This document shows positions 1 to 7,864 of a stretch of 64,000 bases of DNA, piece by piece. Below the pieces are notes generated by a model. It was not told the DNA's origin and did not search any database. It was given only the letters and a program-made list of their open reading frames with translations. Made by a program: the position numbers and the translations under genes. Within the stretch, counting starts at the first letter, position 1, and each line of letters begins with the position of its first letter. The stretch lies in assembly GCA_016182555.1 (NCBI GenBank), contig JACPGJ010000003.1:10920-74919 (forward strand), in the 5' to 3' direction. The stretch comes from Candidatus Kerfeldbacteria bacterium. Lineage in GTDB: Bacteria > Patescibacteriota > Patescibacteriia > UBA9570 > XYC2-FULL-38-9.

Positions 1-29
1 ATCACGTTATAAAAAATAAAGATTGAGAT

Positions 30-1970
30 ATGAATCTTTCTTCAATCGAAATTTTATCCAAAATTTTCAAAAATCCCGAGGATGACCTCGCGCTTTTTAA
101 GAATTTGAATGTTTTGGAATTTTACGAGGACGAGAAAAACCGTGTGTACGTAAAAACACTCGAATACAATGGAAATGATAAAATTGTTCTTACAGAAAAA
201 AAGACAGCCCCCGAAGAAATCGTTCGGCAGTTATTCCTGTATGAACTTCTGCATGAATATCAATATCCAAAAGACAGGATAAAACTTGAGGTTGATGTAC
301 AGTTTGGTCGTGAAATTGGAAAAAAACGTGCGGACATTGTGGTTTATCGGGAAGACATGCAAACCCCATATTTGATGGTCGAAGTAAAAAAGCCTGATGT
401 AAAAGATGGGCTAGGACAATTAAAAAGTTATGCTAATGCAACAGGCGCACCAATCCTCATTCTCACTGATGGAAAACTACAAAATAACCTTTTAAGAACC
501 GATCCAAACTTATTTGAGGACTTGCCTGATCTTCCAAAGTTCAATGAAACGGTCGAAGATGTGCAAAAGAAAATTATTACTTTTGATAACCTTGAAGAGG
601 TTACAAATCTTAAACAGCTCATCCTTGATCTCGAAAATGCGGTATTGGCAAATGCTGGCGTTAATTCCTTTGAAGAAATTTTTAAACTCATTCAAACTAA
701 GCTTTATGATGAACTTGAAACTCCACGAAATCAAAATAGGCGTTTCCGTGTTATTGCAGGAGTAAGCAATAAAGAAAATTTGGATAATATCTCACGTCTT
801 TTTGCTGAATCTAAAAATCAATGGCGTGATGTTTTCAAAGATAAAGACGATATTGAAATACCAGCAAACGCTATCGTGCCAGCCGTATCGCTATTGCAAA
901 AATATCGACTTTTCGGGTCTAATCTTCAAATCATTGATGATGCTTTTGAGTACCTAATCAATCAAGATGCAAAAGGTGGGAAGGGGCAATATTTTACACC
1001 ACGCTTTGTGATTAACATGTGTGTAAAAATGCTTAATCCGAAAAAGAACGAAAATATTGTTGATACAGCTTCAGGAAGTTGCGGATTTTTGCTCCATGCA
1101 ATGCAACATGTTTGGCGAACTGAAATTACAAAAGAAAATTTCGGCAGCAGCTATGAAATGAAGCGCAAAGAATACGCGGATCAACATTTATTTGGTATCG
1201 ATTTTGACCCACGAAGCGTAAAAATCGGCAAAGCAATGATGCTTATTGCTGGCGACGGCAAAACCAATGTTACTTATGCAAATTCCTTAGACAGCGACCT
1301 TTGGGATGGAGAAGCAAAGGCAAGATTCAGTAAACTTTTACACCATTTCGACGATTTCGATTTAAACAGCAAAAATCGAGAAAAAATGACGGACTTTGAT
1401 TTTGACCTTATCATGACGAACCCGCCTTTTGCAGGTGAAGTAAAAGGGACATTGCTCAACAAATATGACCTTGGCTTTAAATTTGGTAAAGATTTTGAGC
1501 GCACAAATAAGCACCAAAACAAAATGACACGCGACATTCTGTTCATTGAGCGTAACCTAGGTTTTCTTCGCCCAGGTGGTCGCATGGCCATTGTTTTACC
1601 GCAAGGAGTATTCAACAATACCAATCAGGAGTACATCCGCCGCTATATTATGAAACAGGCACGGTTGTTGGCTGTCGTGGGTTTACATGGTAATAGTTTT
1701 AAGCCACACACAGGTACAAAAACGAGCGTACTATTTTTACAAAAATGGCGAACAGATAAAGAGCGGGAACAGGCTGGTAATTATCCAATTTTTATGGCTA
1801 CCAGCGAAAAGCCGGGAAAAAACAATAGCGGAGAATATGTATTCGCAATGGATGAAAATAATAACATCAGGAAAGATGAAAACGGGACGTATGTCTACGA
1901 TACAGATTTAGATGAAATAGCAGTCAAATTTATTGAGTTTGCAAAGAAATATAACTTTGATTTTGTTTGA
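30..1970 (+). CDS. hsdM: Type I restriction-modification N6-adenine DNA methyltransferase subunit (HsdM) with an N-terminal HsdR_N-type PD-(D/E)xK-like module
   Basis: 646-aa ORF with ATG at 30. The N-terminus carries a nuclease-fold-like stretch (KRADIVVYREDMQTPYLMVEVKKPD) typical of the HsdR_N module. The core has N6-adenine MTase motif IV NPPF (LIMTNPPFAGEV) and an AdoMet-binding-like segment (IVDTASGSCGFLLHA). Confidence 0.8.
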   Translation: MNLSSIEILSKIFKNPEDDLALFKNLNVLEFYEDEKNRVYVKTLEYNGNDKIVLTEKKTAPEEIVRQLFLYELLHEYQYPKDRIKLEVDVQFGREIGKKRADIVVYREDMQTPYLMVEVKKPDVKDGLGQLKSYANATGAPILILTDGKLQNNLLRTDPNLFEDLPDLPKFNETVEDVQKKIITFDNLEEVTNLKQLILDLENAVLANAGVNSFEEIFKLIQTKLYDELETPRNQNRRFRVIAGVSNKENLDNISRLFAESKNQWRDVFKDKDDIEIPANAIVPAVSLLQKYRLFGSNLQIIDDAFEYLINQDAKGGKGQYFTPRFVINMCVKMLNPKKNENIVDTASGSCGFLLHAMQHVWRTEITKENFGSSYEMKRKEYADQHLFGIDFDPRSVKIGKAMMLIAGDGKTNVTYANSLDSDLWDGEAKARFSKLLHHFDDFDLNSKNREKMTDFDFDLIMTNPPFAGEVKGTLLNKYDLGFKFGKDFERTNKHQNKMTRDILFIERNLGFLRPGGRMAIVLPQGVFNNTNQEYIRRYIMKQARLLAVVGLHGNSFKPHTGTKTSVLFLQKWRTDKEREQAGNYPIFMATSEKPGKNNSGEYVFAMDENNNIRKDENGTYVYDTDLDEIAVKFIEFAKKYNFDFV

Positions 1971-1971
1971 T

Positions 1972-3321
1972 ATGGCACAGATTTCTGAAATTACAGTTGA
2001 AGATTTATTGAAACATCAAAGAATTGATGCAGAATTTTTTCAACCTAAATTTTTAGATGCAGAAAGGAAAGTTGTTTCTTTTTCAAAAAAAATACAAATA
2101 AAAAAAGTCATCCACCCTAATGAGTTTAAGAGAGTATATCAAGAAAATGGGCTACAAATACTCCTTGCTCAGAATGTGAGAGATAATTGTTTAGATTTTA
2201 GCACTACTATGTTTGCAGATCCAGTGTTGAAAAATGACCTCAAACGAAACAAAGTAAATTACGATGATGTTCTCATGACAAGATCAGGTGCTAATTTTGG
2301 ACAAACGGCAGTATACAAATTTGAGAATGCTGAAATTTATGCTTGTGCGGATGTTCTCATTATTAGAAGCCAAGAAATAGCTGGTGGTTACCTTTCAACA
2401 TTTTTGAACTCTAAATATGGTAAAAGTTTAATAAACAGAGGCGTATATGGTGCAGCCCAACCACATATCGCACCATCATATTTATACTCTTTAGAAGTAC
2501 CTCAATTAAATAAAGAGTTTGAGATAAAAATAGATCAAATTACAAATGATGCTTTTTATAAACAAGAACAATCCACATCCCTCTACGCACAAGCGCAACA
2601 ACTCTTGCTTCAAGAACTTGGGCTGGATGATTTTACACCCGAATGGGTAACGGGGTACGAAATCGACCATGACAGTGTGCTTGGGGGCGCTCGTATGGAC
2701 GCGGAGTACTTTCAACCGAAGTATGAAATCGTAAAAAATAAAATTCGTGCAGTCGATCACGACACGCTAGGAAATTTAGTCAAACCGCTCAAAAAAGGTA
2801 TTGAAGTAGGTAGTGAGGCCTACGCAGAGGAAGGCATACCATTTTTACGTGTGTCAAATATTGAAAAATTCCGTATAGATAATTCAAGTGAACAATATAT
2901 TAGCAAAGAACTATACGAGGAATTGAAAGATAAGTTTTGCCCTCAAAAAAGTGAAATTTTGCTATCCAAAGACGGAACACCAGGCATTGCCTACTTTTTA
3001 ACAGAAGAAGTCAAAACGATAATTTCAGGTGGAATTGTTAGACTGAAATCGGTTGAAGTTGAACCGGAATATTTAACGCTTGTACTCAACTCTTTAATTG
3101 TTCAAACCCAAATAGAACAAGATGCAGGTGGTGCACTTATCAAACATTGGCGACCTGACCAGATCAAAACAACTCTCATTCCAATTTTGCCAAAAGAAGT
3201 GAGAGCAAAAATAGTGGCAATGGTTCAAGAAAGCTTTTCAGCACTTCACGAATCCCGCCAGCTTCTTAAACAGGCAAAGAGAGCGGTGGAGGAAATGATT
3301 GAAGCTAAAGCGTCATTTTGA
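1972..3321 (+). CDS. hsdS: Type I restriction-modification specificity subunit (HsdS)
   Basis: The ORF-track start at 1933 is a TTG. The first ATG (MAQISEI) lies 1 nt after the hsdM stop. There is an internal duplication of the conserved motif (RIDAEFFQPKFLD at the N-terminus and RMDAEYFQPKYEI mid-protein), i.e. two target-recognition halves. The size (about 450 aa) is typical of S subunits. Confidence 0.75.
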   Translation: MAQISEITVEDLLKHQRIDAEFFQPKFLDAERKVVSFSKKIQIKKVIHPNEFKRVYQENGLQILLAQNVRDNCLDFSTTMFADPVLKNDLKRNKVNYDDVLMTRSGANFGQTAVYKFENAEIYACADVLIIRSQEIAGGYLSTFLNSKYGKSLINRGVYGAAQPHIAPSYLYSLEVPQLNKEFEIKIDQITNDAFYKQEQSTSLYAQAQQLLLQELGLDDFTPEWVTGYEIDHDSVLGGARMDAEYFQPKYEIVKNKIRAVDHDTLGNLVKPLKKGIEVGSEAYAEEGIPFLRVSNIEKFRIDNSSEQYISKELYEELKDKFCPQKSEILLSKDGTPGIAYFLTEEVKTIISGGIVRLKSVEVEPEYLTLVLNSLIVQTQIEQDAGGALIKHWRPDQIKTTLIPILPKEVRAKIVAMVQESFSALHESRQLLKQAKRAVEEMIEAKASF

Positions 3322-3395
3322 AAGAATAAAGCGAAAAAATTTAGCTGCATTAAAAAAATTGCGTTTTACCGCATTATTCGGTACCATTTGCATAT

Positions 3396-3791
3396 ATGAA
3401 AATATACATTGGGCATGCTACATCGTTTGATTTTCACAATGAGCTATATACAATCATTCGTGACAGTGAAATACATCAGCAGCATGAAATTATTTTGCCT
3501 CACGAAAAAAGTAATGAACAATTTTCATCAAAAGTCTTATTTCAATCAGGATGCGATTTGATGATCGCTGAAGTGTCGTGGCCTTCAACGGGATTAGGAA
3601 TTGAGCTGGGTTGGGCAGATATGTACCGCATTCCCATTGTTTGTATTTATCGAAAAGGCTCAAAGGTATCTGGCGCATTAACAGCAGTCAGTCAATATTT
3701 TCTTGAGTACGAAAATCCATCAGATATTCCTCAGGTTGTATCCACGTATTTGGCAGAGCGTGCCCCCGTCTTTGGCGAGTTGTCTGACTAA
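3396..3791 (+). CDS. Nucleoside 2-deoxyribosyltransferase-like (NDT/LOG-fold) small protein
   Basis: 131 aa. Begins MKIYIGHA. The segment DLMIAEVSWPSTGLGIELGWADMYRIPIVCIY matches the NDT-family pattern, with an acidic residue followed by the G..E.G.A...P catalytic-Glu block. Confidence 0.5.
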   Translation: MKIYIGHATSFDFHNELYTIIRDSEIHQQHEIILPHEKSNEQFSSKVLFQSGCDLMIAEVSWPSTGLGIELGWADMYRIPIVCIYRKGSKVSGALTAVSQYFLEYENPSDIPQVVSTYLAERAPVFGELSD

Positions 3792-3917
3792 TGCAGATTT
3801 GCGTAATAACGATTGTTGATCCTTTGGATACAGTTTAAGTATTGCTGATTTTGAATAATTCCAGTAGTATGGATCTATTCAGAATGAGCAATAAATTTAA
3901 TTTTTTACCTCAACATT

Positions 3918-4361
3918 ATGGAGAGCAAAACCGTCCAAATAACACCTAAGCCAGGTGAGCAAAAATTTCAGTATGCTGGATTTTGGATAAGATTCTTAGC
4001 ATGTATTTTGGACTGGGTTGTTCTGGGAATTATAGGCTATATACTTTTTGGTAACGAAGTTACTCGTATAGAATCTGGTTCAATCAGTGTTCGTTATACT
4101 GGGTGGAAAAATATTATCCCTTTCTTATATGTACTATTATTTTGGCTATGGCTTTCCGCTACACCCGGTAAATTAATATGCCGTATTAAAATTATTGAAA
4201 TAGATGGAAGCAAGTTATCTTGGCAAAAAGCTTTGATACGAATGTTTTCATATATACCAAGTGCATTAGCGCTATTCATCGGTTTTATTTGGGCTGGATT
4301 TGATTCTAAAAAGCAAGCTTGGCATGATAAAATAGCGAAAACCTACGTGGTAAAAAAGTGA
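3918..4361 (+). CDS. RDD-family membrane protein
   Basis: 147 aa. N-terminal YAGFWIRFLACILDWVV followed by TM helices, and C-terminal WHDKIAKTYVV. These are the RDD-domain hallmarks. Confidence 0.6.
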   Translation: MESKTVQITPKPGEQKFQYAGFWIRFLACILDWVVLGIIGYILFGNEVTRIESGSISVRYTGWKNIIPFLYVLLFWLWLSATPGKLICRIKIIEIDGSKLSWQKALIRMFSYIPSALALFIGFIWAGFDSKKQAWHDKIAKTYVVKK

Positions 4362-4374
4362 TTTATCGGTAAAA

Positions 4375-4408
4375 GATGAGGAGGGGAATTGAGAGCTATT
4401 CAAAAGGT
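4375..4408. repeat. Partial (3'-half) copy of an intergenic structured repeat family (see 12312–12388 and 47072–47147)
   Basis: gatgaggaggggaattgagagctattcaaaaggt aligns with the 3' half of the 47-kb copy (atgaggtcgcgaggaattggctcaaaaggcc). It is located immediately 3' of the RDD gene. Confidence 0.4.
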
Positions 4409-4549
4409 AAAACCATTTTTTTCAGCGTTCTTTGAGTACTAGTGATTAGTACACACAGAAAGCTGGAGGTGGAGAGAGTACGCGATGTCGAAGCATGCGT
4501 CGTTTATATCGGCATGATCCCCGATTCTCTCCACCTCGTTGCTGTTGTC

Positions 4550-4831
4550 TCAGTTCTCTTCCTGCCGGAAGAGAACTGTCTCGCTCCTGTCGGGGTGGTA
4601 CGTGACCACCTCCAACATGGATAATTCCTCGCCCCCCCTGCTCTGGTCGAGCAGGGGGATGACGAGGTCACGGTGGTCGCCACACTTGTGGTACCACTCG
4701 TGCTCCTCAGGACCCTCCAACCAGACCGAGGTCACGGTCTGGTTGCTTTTCCAGGTCCGCACCTTGCCGGGGTGCAGAGACATGGTCTCGAAGCCCATGT
4801 CCCGCAGAGTAGAACTGAGAGAATTATTCAT
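4550..4831 (-). CDS. Hypothetical protein encoded inside a GC-rich island; the only protein-like frame in the island
   Basis: 93-aa ORF on the minus strand with a strong SD (GGAGG, 4-nt spacer, ATG). The residue composition is balanced, unlike the Ser/Trp/Arg-rich overlapping frames. I could not recognise a family. Confidence 0.35.
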   Translation of the reverse strand: MNNSLSSTLRDMGFETMSLHPGKVRTWKSNQTVTSVWLEGPEEHEWYHKCGDHRDLVIPLLDQSRGGEELSMLEVVTYHPDRSETVLFRQEEN

Positions 4832-5137
4832 GGCATCCTCCCTTTTTTATGCTAACTGGTATGCCATTACCCAGTCAGCGTTTTTGGATGTGCCGCATCC
4901 CACACTTGTGGAACACGGCGCGACGAGTAACGCAGCTGAGGCGCTTCTTTCATGAAAAAGTGAAAGTGAAATGCCCCGAATGCGTCACTCGTCAGGTATT
5001 TGTTTGAGACAACAGCTTTTCAATGTGCGTGTTCCGCTCAAACTACTTCTTTTCTACTGGTTCGGTTTTGCAGCGAACAGAACAAAATAGACTAGCATGG
5101 TTTTTACATTTTGTCAATACTTACTTCTGTCACGCCG

Positions 5138-5166
5138 TTGACTTTGTTCGGTATTCGTGATATAAA
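5138..5166 (+). promoter_or_regulatory. Sigma70-like promoter candidate upstream of the ABC ATPase gene
   Basis: TTGACT (5138–5143), 17-nt spacer, TATAAA (5161–5166), about 55 nt upstream of the ATG at 5222. Confidence 0.4.
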
Positions 5167-5221
5167 AAAAGTGAAAAAATGGAGCTAACTCCTCATTTTA
5201 ATATAAGCATTTTTGCATATC

Positions 5222-6463
5222 ATGCTCGAATCTGCAATACAGGTAAACAAGCTTTCTAAGGAATTTCGTATACCACATGAGCGCATTACCACCATGCGTG
5301 GTTTTTTTGTCAATATATTTAAGAAGAAACGGTATGAAGATTTTTTAGCGTTGGACAATGTTAGTTTTTCAGTACAAAAAGGAGAGTTCTTTGGAATTAT
5401 TGGAAAAAATGGTTCTGGGAAATCAACGTTATTAAAAATTTTAGCGGGTATTTATAGAGCAGATACCGGAAAGATAAAAATGAATGGTCGGATCTCTCCA
5501 TTTTTGGAATTAGGTATTGGTTTTAATCCAGAATTATCTGGCCGACAGAATATTTATTTAAATGGCGCAGTGTTAGGCATGACCAAGCAACAGATTGATA
5601 AAAAATTTGATGATATCGTCACGTTCTCTGAATTAGAAAGATTTATCGATCAGAAATTGAAAAATTATTCTTCGGGTATGCAAGTGCGATTAGCATTTTC
5701 CGTGGCTATCCATGCGAATCGAGATATTTTACTTATGGATGAAGTATTAGCGGTCGGGGACGCGAATTTTCAGCAAAAATGTTTAGGTGTATTTCGTCAC
5801 CTTCAACGACAAGGCAAAACGATTATTTTTGTTTCTCATGATATGGAAACCATGAAACAATTTGCCGACCGAGTATTAGTGCTACACCGCGGAAAGGTTG
5901 TGACCATCAGCGCTCCTGAACGTGCAGGATATGAATATAGTCAAATTTTAATGCGTGAACATAGCGCAATTCATCAAACAGCCATTGAGCGTGAAGCTCC
6001 TGATACCGTAGACCCTACACCACCAAAACAACAGAAGAAAAAAAATCGTATTGTTGGTATACAATTATTGAATCAACATGATACAGAAACGCAGGTCTTT
6101 GAGTATGGTGATGATATACGTATTCGTATAGAGTTCGATGTACAAGAACTCGTTCCAGAAATGTATGTCGGTCTTGGCATTATTGATAAGCAAACAGATG
6201 CATGGATTTGTGGAAATAATACCTATTTTGATCGATTTAATCACCACTGGAAAGTAGGGAAAAATACCGTGGTATTGAAGTTGCCAAATACCATATTTCA
6301 CAAAGGCGATTTTTATATATTGAGCAGTTTTTTTATTGGAGACCCAAAAGAGAATGCCATGATGGATTTTTATGACAGCCGTGAGCATAATTTTTATTTT
6401 CGTAGTTTTCCTCGAGATCGTCGCAATGGGTTGGTGTTAATGGATCATGAATGGAAACAATAA
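5222..6463 (+). CDS. Polysaccharide/teichoic-acid export ABC transporter ATP-binding protein (Wzt/TagH-like) with a C-terminal extension domain
   Basis: Walker A GIIGKNGSGKST, ABC signature YSSGMQVRLAF and Walker B ILLMDEVLAVGD are all present. A C-terminal extension of about 150 aa beyond the NBD resembles the Wzt substrate-binding extension. The ORF-track start 5213 is a TTG; ATG at 5222. Confidence 0.8.
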   Translation: MLESAIQVNKLSKEFRIPHERITTMRGFFVNIFKKKRYEDFLALDNVSFSVQKGEFFGIIGKNGSGKSTLLKILAGIYRADTGKIKMNGRISPFLELGIGFNPELSGRQNIYLNGAVLGMTKQQIDKKFDDIVTFSELERFIDQKLKNYSSGMQVRLAFSVAIHANRDILLMDEVLAVGDANFQQKCLGVFRHLQRQGKTIIFVSHDMETMKQFADRVLVLHRGKVVTISAPERAGYEYSQILMREHSAIHQTAIEREAPDTVDPTPPKQQKKKNRIVGIQLLNQHDTETQVFEYGDDIRIRIEFDVQELVPEMYVGLGIIDKQTDAWICGNNTYFDRFNHHWKVGKNTVVLKLPNTIFHKGDFYILSSFFIGDPKENAMMDFYDSREHNFYFRSFPRDRRNGLVLMDHEWKQ

Positions 6464-7854
6464 CGTCTATGCAAACATCTATTTTTTTAATCACTTTTTG
6501 TAATCAAGATTTGTACACTCCCGTAGAAACAAATTTGTTATTACTCGATATAGAGCGGGGAACGCAGCAGTGGATTATTACTGGTAATCAATCTGGTTTA
6601 ACGGGTGTTGGTGTACATGATGAATATGTATTCGTTTTGCATCAAGGCTCACGGCCGGGTATTTTAGTTCTTGCGAAAAAAAATTTCACGGTTATTGCCA
6701 AGACGTTCTTATCAGAGTTGGTGGACCCACATTCATTGGTGGTGCAGGGGAATACGCTCTTTGTCGTTTCTACAGGAACGGATAGTGTTTTAGAATATCA
6801 ATTTGACCCTATACAACGAACTATTCAATATGTACGCGTGCTCTGGAAACCCGAACAGTCGTTAGGAACACAAGATCAATACCATATCAATTCTATTGTC
6901 AAACACCAGAATGATTTATATATTTCCGCATTTGGTCCAAAAGCGGGTGAAACTTGGAAAACGGCATTGCATGGTTTTGTCTATAACGTGACTGCACAGG
7001 ACCCACTAGATGGCTATACAGATATTTATCATCCGCATTCGTTGGTAATGGATGGACAAGATCTCTATTTTTGTGAATCTACTGCACGTGAGGTAAGAAA
7101 AAATAATGAAACAGTAATCACTTTGCCGAATGGATATGTGCGTGGATTAACAGTTACGAATGATGTGATTTTGGTGGGAACGAGCCAAGGTCGCAAAGTG
7201 TCTAAGAGTACTGGGCAAGTGAATAATTTTTTTGAACAAGAAGGAGAGATTGATGCTGTATGCGGTGTGTCTGTTTTTGATAAAAAAACACTTGAGCAAA
7301 TTCATGAGTATAATTTTTTTCCATTACACCGTGAAATTTATGAAATTGTACCTATAGAATCAATACGAGAAACAGCGTCGCTGGTGTATTTCGGTGTGCA
7401 AAATGTGGTTGATGATGTTGTCCAATTTAAACACGCCATAGAACAGAAGCAGCATACTATTGAAGAGCGAGACGCATCGCTGAATACGTTGCGACATGCT
7501 CAAGAAAAAAACGAAATTGTATTAGCGGAACGTACGCAAGAATTGCATCAAGCCCATGCGAAGATTCAACAAAAAGATCAAGAGATGAATCAGCTACAGC
7601 AGATGGTCAATATTGCTCAGCAACACACGGAGCAATTACAGGAACGAGTTGAAGAACAGAAAGATGTCATCGTTGAACAGAAAGAGACAATCACTGAACA
7701 GAAACAGTTAGTGAATACACTCAAAGAAAATGTTCAACAAGCTTATGCAGTTATCCATGATAAAGATCGTGAATTATTGAGTATGCAGGAGTCGAAATTT
7801 TGGAAATTACGCGGAGCGTACATGCAATTTAAACAGTTTATTTTGAGAAAATAA
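6451..7854 (+). CDS. Hypothetical protein: N-terminal globular domain plus C-terminal Q/E/K-rich coiled coil of about 130 aa
   Basis: 467 aa. Overlaps the upstream gene by 13 nt. The C-terminal third is low-complexity heptad-like (QELHQAHAKIQQKDQEMNQLQQMVNIAQQHTEQLQERVEEQKDVIVEQKETITEQKQLV). Confidence 0.55.
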   Translation: METITSMQTSIFLITFCNQDLYTPVETNLLLLDIERGTQQWIITGNQSGLTGVGVHDEYVFVLHQGSRPGILVLAKKNFTVIAKTFLSELVDPHSLVVQGNTLFVVSTGTDSVLEYQFDPIQRTIQYVRVLWKPEQSLGTQDQYHINSIVKHQNDLYISAFGPKAGETWKTALHGFVYNVTAQDPLDGYTDIYHPHSLVMDGQDLYFCESTAREVRKNNETVITLPNGYVRGLTVTNDVILVGTSQGRKVSKSTGQVNNFFEQEGEIDAVCGVSVFDKKTLEQIHEYNFFPLHREIYEIVPIESIRETASLVYFGVQNVVDDVVQFKHAIEQKQHTIEERDASLNTLRHAQEKNEIVLAERTQELHQAHAKIQQKDQEMNQLQQMVNIAQQHTEQLQERVEEQKDVIVEQKETITEQKQLVNTLKENVQQAYAVIHDKDRELLSMQESKFWKLRGAYMQFKQFILRK

Positions 7855-7864
7855 ACCGAGTGGT

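Noticed and set aside
4539-4955. Plus-strand 138-aa ORF and other overlapping ORFs (4442–4624, 4673–4855) within the GC-rich island.
   Set aside because: The translations are Ser/Trp/Arg-rich low-complexity sequences typical of spurious frames in GC-rich DNA. Only the minus-strand 4550–4831 frame has an SD and protein-like composition.
4440-4960. Possibility that the GC-rich island is a known structured RNA (RNase P RNA, tmRNA, SRP RNA).
   Set aside because: No recognisable conserved blocks (for example GGAAAGUCCGG or ACAGAA-CCCGGCUUA of RNase P, or the tRNA-like 3' end of tmRNA) were found on either strand. It remains an uncharacterised island, not a called ncRNA.
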